This document shows positions 57,608-64,000 of a stretch of 64,000 nucleotides of DNA, piece by piece; position 1 is the stretch's first letter, and every line of letters begins with the position of its first letter. Below the pieces are notes generated by a model that did no database searches, was not told the origin of the DNA, and saw nothing but the letters and a program-made list of their open reading frames with translations. This DNA comes from Thermoproteota archaeon (lineage in GTDB: Archaea > Korarchaeota > Korarchaeia > Korarchaeales > Korarchaeaceae), in assembly GCA_027491915.1 (NCBI GenBank), contig JAOZGC010000002.1, positions 192,001 through 256,000 on the forward strand, read 5' to 3'. The position numbers and the translations under genes were made by a program.

Positions 57608-58213
57608 GTGGGCCCCCTGACCCGGGTGGTCGAGTCCGCCCTGGAGCTCCTGACGTCCGCGGTATCCCGGGGATCTTACCCGGCGATCCTCTCCCTGATG
57701 GCGCTCGAGAGCGCCCTGATACCGGTGCCCAGCGAGATCGTGATGCCCCTATCCGGATTCCTGGTCGTCAGGGGGGAGATGACTTTTTGGGGTGCGGTGA
57801 CGGCTGGGGTCTTGGGCAACCTGATCGGCTCCCTGGCGGCCTACCGCCTCGGGAGGACCTTCGGTTGGGACGGGCTCGCCAGGCTGATCGGCGGGCTGCC
57901 CTGGGCCCCCCGAGAGTTGGAGAGGGCGGATCTCTTCTTCAGGAGGTGGGGGAGACACGCGGTCTTCCTGGGGAGGATGATGCCCGCGGTCAGGACTTTC
58001 ATCTCACTTCCAGCCGGAATGTCGGGAATTCCCGAGTGGGAGTTCGCCCTGCTGACGGTCCTGGGTTCCGTCCCTTGGAACCTGGCCCTGGTCTGGGCCG
58101 GGATGATCTTGGGGGAGAACTGGCCCGCGGTCAGGAATTTCGTGGACCCCCTGATCCTGGCCGCGGCGGCCGCGGCGCTGATCTACGCGTGCGCGGTTCG
58201 GAGGAGGGAGTGA
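57608..58213 (+). CDS. DedA-family membrane protein
   Basis: LESALIPVPSE, FFRRWG, GRMMPAVRTFISLPAG. Confidence 0.9.
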   Translation: MGPLTRVVESALELLTSAVSRGSYPAILSLMALESALIPVPSEIVMPLSGFLVVRGEMTFWGAVTAGVLGNLIGSLAAYRLGRTFGWDGLARLIGGLPWAPRELERADLFFRRWGRHAVFLGRMMPAVRTFISLPAGMSGIPEWEFALLTVLGSVPWNLALVWAGMILGENWPAVRNFVDPLILAAAAAALIYACAVRRRE

Positions 58214-58219
58214 CCCGAT

Positions 58220-60553
58220 TTGAGGTCTGCCCTGATAAGGGTCTCGGGAGTGGTCCAGGGCGTGGGCTTCAGGCCCTTCGTTCACAGGATGGCCTCCAAG
58301 TGGGGGCTCAGGGGCTACGTGAAGAACATGGGGGGCAGCGAGGTCGAGATACTGGTGGAGGGCAGGGAGGACCAGATAGCCAATTTCCTGAGCTCCCTTT
58401 TCACGGAGAAACCTCCGCCCGCCAAGATAGAGGAGCTCTCCCTGCGGGAAGTCCCGCCATCCGGGTCCATCGAGTTCTCCATCCTGCCGAGCGACAGCTC
58501 CCCAAAGCTGCCGTCCATGATCCCACCGGACATAGCCATATGCGAGGGCTGCCTGGCAGAGATCCACGATCCCCGAGACAGGAGGTACAGGTACGCCCTG
58601 AACTCCTGCGCCTGGTGCGGGCCCCGCTTCTCCATGATGGAGAGGCCGCCCTACGATAGGGAGAACACCTCCATGGCGGACTTCCCCCTCTGCGACGATT
58701 GCCTCTCGGAGTACGGGGATCCAGGGAACGTCCGCAGGTTCCACGCCCAGGGCATGAGCTGCCCCGTCTGCGGTCCCAGGCTGTGGCTGGAGGAGCCGTC
58801 GGGCCTCCGGGTCGACTGCGACGACCCGATCTCCGAGGCCGCCTCCCTGATAAGGGAGGGGGAGATAGTGGCGATAAAGGGGATCGGCGGCTACCACGTG
58901 GCGGCCCTGGCGACCGACGACGGCGTGGTCGAGGAGCTCAGGAGGAGGAAGGACAGGCCCCAGAAGCCATTCGCCCTGATGGCCCTGGACCTGGTTACCG
59001 TGGAGAGGTTCGCCGAGATACCCTCGCGGGAGATCAGATCCCTGCTCGCCGGTCCGGAGAGGCCGATAGTGCTCCTCCCGGAGAGGCCCGGATCGGGCCT
59101 CTCCAGGCTGGTGGCCCCGGGTCTGAACGCGGTCGGCTTCATGCTGCCCTACACCGGGGTACACCACCTGCTGCTGGAGGAGGTGCCGGACGGGGTCCTC
59201 ATAATGACCAGCGGAAACGAGAGGGGACGCCCTATGTGCATCGACGAGGAGTGCGCCAGGCGGAGGCTGTCCGGGATCGTGGATCACATACTCCAGCACA
59301 ACAGGAGGATAGTCAACAGGGTTGACGACAGCGTGGTCAGGCTGACCGCCGGGAGGGTGACTTTCCTCCGCAGGAGCCGGGGGTACGCCCCCTCCTGGAT
59401 AAGGCTTCCCTTCAGGCTGGAGAGGCCAGTCATCGCCTTCGGAGCCGAGCTCCAGAACGCCGGTGCGGTCGCCTTCGAGGACAAGCTGATCCCCACCCAG
59501 TTCGTCGGGGACACGGACGAGTACGAGAACCTGACGTACCTCGAGAGGGCCTTGGAGTTCCTCGTCAGGTCCTATCGACTGGACCTGTCCGAGGCGGTCC
59601 TGGCCGCCGACATGCACCCGAGCTACTCGTCCAGGAGGTTGGCCGAGCTCTGGTCGATGGAGAGGGGGATGGAGCTCGTTCTTGTACAGCACCACCACGC
59701 CCACGCGGTCTCGGTGGCCGCGGAGCTCGGCGTCGACGGGGACTGGGTCGGGGTGGCCGTCGCCGCGGACGGGCTGGGCTACGGGCTGGACGGGACCCTG
59801 TGGGGCGGAGAGGTTCTCAAGTTCTCCTACCGCGGGGCGGAGAGGTTTGCCTCCCTGACTCCGGTGCCGATGCCGGGGGGAGACGCCGCCACCAGGAGAC
59901 CCCCCAGGATGCTGATAGGGGTCCTGTCGACCTTCATGGGGGACGACGAGGTGAAGGAGATCCTGCGCTCGAGGGGAATAGTGGATCACCTGCCCGGGGG
60001 GGAGGGAGAGGTGGATATCGCCCTTGCGCAGGCTAGGTCCGGCGCGCCTATGATATCCAGCGTCGGCCGGGTCATGGACGCGGCCGCCTCCCTCCTGGGG
60101 GTGTGCCACGTCAGGACCTACGAGGGGGAGCCAGCCATGAAGCTGGAGGCGGCGGCCGCGGCCGCCGACCCGCTGGAGTACTCCCTCGTCAGGAGGGACG
60201 GCATAGTCAGGGTGGACCTCCGCCGCACTTTCGAGTCCCTCATAGAGAGGAGGGAGGACGGTGTCCCCGCCCTGGCTGGCGCCTTCATATCCTCCCTGGG
60301 GGAGGCGCTGGGATCCGCCGCGGCGGAGGCCGCCGACTCCCTGGGGGTGGACCTGGTGGTCGCGAGCGGCGGGGCCGCCGTGAACACCCTCTTCATCTCG
60401 GCCATGGAGCGGGCGCTCTCGGAGTCCGGGATCAGGCTGGTTCTGAACTCCAAGCTCCCGCCGGGTGACGGCGGGGTGGCGGCGGGACAGGCCGTCTCCG
60501 CCGGACTTGGCGTTCCCTCCTATGAGAGGCCGAGGGCCACCCCTCCCCAGTAG
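58220..60553 (+). CDS. hypF: Carbamoyltransferase HypF ([NiFe]-hydrogenase maturation)
   Basis: GVVQGVGFRPFV, two CxxC-x18-CxxC zinc fingers, KGIGGYH, VQHHHAH, DGLGYG, PGDGG. Confidence 0.96.
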   Translation: MRSALIRVSGVVQGVGFRPFVHRMASKWGLRGYVKNMGGSEVEILVEGREDQIANFLSSLFTEKPPPAKIEELSLREVPPSGSIEFSILPSDSSPKLPSMIPPDIAICEGCLAEIHDPRDRRYRYALNSCAWCGPRFSMMERPPYDRENTSMADFPLCDDCLSEYGDPGNVRRFHAQGMSCPVCGPRLWLEEPSGLRVDCDDPISEAASLIREGEIVAIKGIGGYHVAALATDDGVVEELRRRKDRPQKPFALMALDLVTVERFAEIPSREIRSLLAGPERPIVLLPERPGSGLSRLVAPGLNAVGFMLPYTGVHHLLLEEVPDGVLIMTSGNERGRPMCIDEECARRRLSGIVDHILQHNRRIVNRVDDSVVRLTAGRVTFLRRSRGYAPSWIRLPFRLERPVIAFGAELQNAGAVAFEDKLIPTQFVGDTDEYENLTYLERALEFLVRSYRLDLSEAVLAADMHPSYSSRRLAELWSMERGMELVLVQHHHAHAVSVAAELGVDGDWVGVAVAADGLGYGLDGTLWGGEVLKFSYRGAERFASLTPVPMPGGDAATRRPPRMLIGVLSTFMGDDEVKEILRSRGIVDHLPGGEGEVDIALAQARSGAPMISSVGRVMDAAASLLGVCHVRTYEGEPAMKLEAAAAAADPLEYSLVRRDGIVRVDLRRTFESLIERREDGVPALAGAFISSLGEALGSAAAEAADSLGVDLVVASGGAAVNTLFISAMERALSESGIRLVLNSKLPPGDGGVAAGQAVSAGLGVPSYERPRATPPQ

Positions 60554-62646
60554 ACGGCCGCGGCCAGTAGGATGGCCATCGCTATCTCGTAGGCGACGAC
60601 CCTCCAGACGTACTTGACGTACCTGAGCTCCTGCTTTATCGCCGCCAGGGTGGCCACGCAGGGGGTGTATGTCATCATCGCCACCGTGAGGGCGAGGGAC
60701 TGGAGCGGAGTCATCCCCAGGGCCCGGAGGGCCCCCGCGGGATCGGGGGCCCCGGTCGTCGTCACCAGGATGCTTATCACGGCCTCTTTGGCCAAGAACC
60801 CGGCCTCGAACGCGAGCATCATCCTCCAGTCGGGCAGGCCCACCAGGGATCCCAGGGGGGCCAGGGCCTTCCCCAGGGCGGCGGCGAAGGTCCCCTCAAC
60901 CGAAGAGGGATCCGACTCGAGGGCCGCCTGGGGCACGAACCCCGACGGGCCGAAGTGGAGCAGGAACCACAGGGCGACCGTGAACCCGAGTATGAGGGTC
61001 CCAGCCTTCGTCAGGAAGTGCTCCGTGTTGGTCCTCGCGTACCACCATATCACCTTCAGGCTCGGCCGGTGGTAGGGGGGTATCTCCATCACCAGCTCCG
61101 GAGCCGACCTAACCCTGAACATGAACCTGCTGATCAGGGCGCTGACCGCCAGCCACAGGACAACGGAGAGGGAGTACATGGCCAGCATCACCAGGGCCTG
61201 CCCGCCCGGATCACGGGTCACCCCGCCCGCGAGGGCGAGCATGACCACCAGCCTGGCCTGGCACGGTATTATCGGGGAGGTCATGGCCATTATCATCCTC
61301 TCCCTGTCGTCGTCCAGCGCCCGGGTGGCCATGACCGCCGGCACGTTGCATCCAAACCCAACCACGGCGGGGAAGACGGATCTCCCGGAGAGGCCGAATT
61401 TCCTGAGGAATTTGTGCAGGGAGACCGCCGACCTGGCCAGGATCCCGGTGTCCTGTAGGGCTCCGAGGAGCAGGTAGACCGTCAGGACCAGGGGGAGGAA
61501 GCTGAGCACCGCGCCGACCCCCGAGATCACCCCGTCGCACACCAGACTGACGAGCCACCCGGGCGCCCCCGAGTTGGAGAGCGCGGCCGACGCCTCCGCC
61601 CCAAGCCACTCGAAGAAGCCGCCGAGCAGTCCCGTGAGGCTTAGTTCCTCCACCGCCTCGGCCAGGTCAGGCATGCCGCCCAGGTAGAGGATCAGGTTCA
61701 GCGGGAAACCCATGTTCGCGACGAAGGCCAAGAAGAAGGTCCCAAGCATGACCCCCAGGGAGAATATGGGCCCGCCCAGTGGGTGGAGGGCCACCCGATC
61801 CAGGGCCTCGGAGAGGCCGCTCCCGAGAAGCCTGGTCCTCCTGACCCTCCCCCTGAGAAGCCGGTCTATGTACCTGTACCTGGACTCCACAGCCACCTGA
61901 TCCGGGGGGATCCTGAGGTCGATCCCCGCCTCCGACCTGACGCGCTCCGCCTCCGACTTAACCTCCTCGGAGTACCTCCCGGCGGCCTCGGCCACCTTGG
62001 GATCCCCTTCCAAGAGCCTGAGGGCGGCCCACCTGGCTGGGATGGACTCCTTCCAACCAGATTTGACGAGCAGCTTCTCGATCCTCGATATGTAGGGCTC
62101 TAAACCGTCGTAGTCTATCCTCAGGGGGTGTTTCCTCCCCTCCCTCCCCTCTGCGACCGCCAGCACCCTATCCAGCAGGGCCCCTATCCCCTCACCCCTG
62201 AGGGCCGATATCCCCACCACCGGCACCCCCAGCGCCGCGGAGATGCCCTGCAGGTCCACGTGGATGGCCCTCCTGGCGGCCACGTCCATCATGTTGACCG
62301 CAACCACCACCCTTGGGGTGATCTCCATCACCATCAGCGGCAGGTACATGGTCCTCTCGAGGGCGGTGGCGTCGGCCAGGACCACGACCACGTCCGGCCT
62401 CTCCGATATCAGGAACTCCCTGGCCACCCTCTCGGCCTCCTCGGTCACCCCGCCTATGCTGTAGGTTCCGGGCAGGTCGACTATCCTCATCTCGACGCCG
62501 TGATGGGACGTCCTTCCCTCCCTCAACTCCACGGTTACCCCGGGCCAATTGGCCACGTGGGCCGTCGCCCCGGTCAGGGCGTTGAACAGGGTGCTTTTTC
62601 CTACGTTGGGATTCCCGGCCAGCGCCACCAAGATCTCCCTGCTCAA
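60520..62646 (-). CDS. feoB: Ferrous iron transporter FeoB
   Basis: GNPNVGKS, NWPGVTVE, DLPGTYS, NMMD, GFGCNVPA, YTPCVAT. TTG start 62646 overlaps the feoA stop. Confidence 0.95.
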   Translation of the reverse strand: MSREILVALAGNPNVGKSTLFNALTGATAHVANWPGVTVELREGRTSHHGVEMRIVDLPGTYSIGGVTEEAERVAREFLISERPDVVVVLADATALERTMYLPLMVMEITPRVVVAVNMMDVAARRAIHVDLQGISAALGVPVVGISALRGEGIGALLDRVLAVAEGREGRKHPLRIDYDGLEPYISRIEKLLVKSGWKESIPARWAALRLLEGDPKVAEAAGRYSEEVKSEAERVRSEAGIDLRIPPDQVAVESRYRYIDRLLRGRVRRTRLLGSGLSEALDRVALHPLGGPIFSLGVMLGTFFLAFVANMGFPLNLILYLGGMPDLAEAVEELSLTGLLGGFFEWLGAEASAALSNSGAPGWLVSLVCDGVISGVGAVLSFLPLVLTVYLLLGALQDTGILARSAVSLHKFLRKFGLSGRSVFPAVVGFGCNVPAVMATRALDDDRERMIMAMTSPIIPCQARLVVMLALAGGVTRDPGGQALVMLAMYSLSVVLWLAVSALISRFMFRVRSAPELVMEIPPYHRPSLKVIWWYARTNTEHFLTKAGTLILGFTVALWFLLHFGPSGFVPQAALESDPSSVEGTFAAALGKALAPLGSLVGLPDWRMMLAFEAGFLAKEAVISILVTTTGAPDPAGALRALGMTPLQSLALTVAMMTYTPCVATLAAIKQELRYVKYVWRVVAYEIAMAILLAAAVYWGGVALGLS

Positions 62647-62924
62647 CCGGTCACCTCCACCATTATCTTGGAGGCGAGCCCCCTCCCTATCGCCAGGGTT
62701 ACCCCGCGCGAGGACACCACGACCGGACCAGCCGAGTTGGCCACCACGGTCACGGGGCTCCCGGGCGTCAGCCCCATCTCCATTATCCTCCTGATCTGCC
62801 CCCTGCCCCCGCCTATCCACCTCACCACCCCGGCCCCTCCCGGGGGGACGGCCGTCAGGGGGATCAGGTTCCCGGATCCGGGCGGCGGGGGCGGCCCGCC
62901 CGCACGACCCCTCCTCCACCTCAT
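62643..62924 (-). CDS. feoA: Ferrous iron transport protein FeoA
   Basis: RRIMEMGLTPG...GPVVV..RG..LAIGRGLASKIMV. Confidence 0.9.
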   Translation of the reverse strand: MRWRRGRAGGPPPPPGSGNLIPLTAVPPGGAGVVRWIGGGRGQIRRIMEMGLTPGSPVTVVANSAGPVVVSSRGVTLAIGRGLASKIMVEVTG

Positions 62925-62937
62925 GCCGGATCACGAG

Positions 62938-62951
62938 TTAGGTGCTCCTAA
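62938..62951. promoter_or_regulatory. Candidate DtxR-family metal-repressor operator at the feoAB promoter
   Basis: Perfect inverted repeat TTAGG-TGCT-CCTAA between a TATA-like element (~62952-62963) and the feoA start. Confidence 0.65.
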
Positions 62952-63116
62952 TTTTAGTATAAGATCTTTTCCATCAGCCCTGGGAGGCCCGCGGCCCGCC
63001 CGGCCTCACGCCGGGCCGCCCCTCCTCTTCTATTACCATAGTAAAAACCATCACCTTTATATCTGTTTCGTTGTTCAACGCGCAACCTCGCTCCGCGAGG
63101 TTTGGGGGGAACTTTG

Positions 63117-64000
63117 ATGGCAGATTCGTCTATCTCCCCAGGAGCAACCGGTTCTGGGGGGCTGCCGCTGAGGAGGAGAGACTTCCTGAAGCTCTCCTCC
63201 GCGGCCTCCCTCCTGGCCATGGCCAACTGGGGAACCTTCCAGAAGGTGGTGGCCGAGACGCTGCAGGGAGGGGCCGTGAACCTGTTCTGGCTCGAAGCCC
63301 AGGACTGCGCCGGGAACACCATATCCCTGATAGAGGCCGACGCCCCCAGCCTGGTCCAGGTTCTGGTGGGCGAGAGCCCCGTGATAGGGCCGGGCAGGGT
63401 CAGGGTCGTCTTCCACGAGACCATAATGCCGGAGTGGGGCGACGAGGCCGTCGCTTACCTGCATAAGGCCGAGAGCGGGGAGCTGGATCCCTACGTCCTT
63501 GTCTTGGAGGGCTCCTTCCCCGACGAGGACGCGGCCGCGAAGACGGGAGGGTGGTGGCTGGTCATAGGAGAGGAGAACGGCCGCCCCCTGACCGGAAACG
63601 AGTGGCTGCGCAGGCTGCTGAGGAGGGCCGTGGCCGTGGTGGCCGTGGGGAACTGCGCCTCCTACGGCGGCATACCGTCGGCCAAGGTGCTCGATCCCAA
63701 CGGCTACTCCGCCGACGGTTTCAACGTGACGGGCGCCAGGGGTTTCTTCGACGATCCCGTCAGGGGTCTGGAGGGAATGATACGCAAGCTGGACACCGCC
63801 GCCCCGTTCCTGAACTTCATAGAGGGGAGGTGCACCCCGGAGGTCTCCCCGACCAGCAACTGCAGGCCGGCGGTGGCAGTGCCCGGGTGCCCGGCGAATG
63901 GAAACGCCATACTGAGGACCCTGGGCCACCTGGTCCTGGCGGTGGACGGCCTGCTGCCGCTGCCCGAACTGGACGAGTACTGGAGGCCCAAGTACATATT
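63117..64000 (+). CDS. [NiFe]-hydrogenase small subunit with Tat signal peptide (3' truncated by the window edge)
   Basis: Not in the ORF track; translated by hand: MADSS...LRRRDFLK...WLEAQDCAGNTISL...FHETIM...LVLEGS...AVGNCASYGGIP...VPGCPANG. Confidence 0.92.
   Translation, partial: MADSSISPGATGSGGLPLRRRDFLKLSSAASLLAMANWGTFQKVVAETLQGGAVNLFWLEAQDCAGNTISLIEADAPSLVQVLVGESPVIGPGRVRVVFHETIMPEWGDEAVAYLHKAESGELDPYVLVLEGSFPDEDAAAKTGGWWLVIGEENGRPLTGNEWLRRLLRRAVAVVAVGNCASYGGIPSAKVLDPNGYSADGFNVTGARGFFDDPVRGLEGMIRKLDTAAPFLNFIEGRCTPEVSPTSNCRPAVAVPGCPANGNAILRTLGHLVLAVDGLLPLPELDEYWRPKYI

Noticed and set aside
58004-60109. 701-aa antisense ORF over hypF, and similar long shadow ORFs (29803..31458, 45045..46604, 46692..47975, 57415..58659)
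   Set aside because: They overlap well-supported genes, are Pro/Gly/Arg/His-rich with no motifs, and are expected from stop-codon scarcity at high GC3
63065-63080. GTT..AAC near the hydrogenase promoter as a SurR site
   Set aside because: Spacing is GTT-N4-AAC, not the GTT-N3-AAC consensus
1-64000. CRISPR arrays, tRNAs, IS elements, proviruses, inteins
   Set aside because: No regularly spaced direct repeats, cloverleaf with T-loop, transposase or integrase motifs, or oversized host proteins seen by eye. Split or intron-containing tRNAs and small C/D sRNAs could have been missed

Overview
64 kb of a GC-rich (roughly two-thirds G+C by eye) archaeal chromosome. It is probably a thermophilic TACK-type lineage, inferred from AGG/ATA codon preference, a stand-alone 5S rRNA, a single-OB-fold SSB, the EMHKS variant of KMSKS in IleRS, and TATA-box promoters. 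The window is densely coding with mostly housekeeping and metabolic genes: PolB, ThiI, IleRS, AspRS, AMP phosphorylase, Thg1, GDH, UbiD/UbiA, an ABC transporter, an HD hydrolase, an APC permease, Moco/Wco genes, Tat, SSB, fumarase, HypF, FeoAB and the 5' part of a Tat-exported [NiFe]-hydrogenase small subunit. It also carries a complete type IV pilus locus (43.1-52.4 kb) and a second orphan pilin-like cassette (36.3-38.4 kb). I saw no CRISPR array, tRNA, transposase or integrase. The most notable items are: (i) a ~165-nt, heavily structured, pseudoknot-capable 5' leader of an amino-acid permease (riboswitch-like candidate); (ii) a PolB with intact polymerase motifs but all three proofreading motifs degenerate; (iii) repeated ~100-nt AT-rich patches inside GC-rich genes, concentrated in the first 22 kb; (iv) the two pilin systems; (v) long hairpins directly after stop codons; (vi) a CdvA-like repeat protein convergent with Yip1. 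All product calls rest on motif recognition by eye, and no searches were run.
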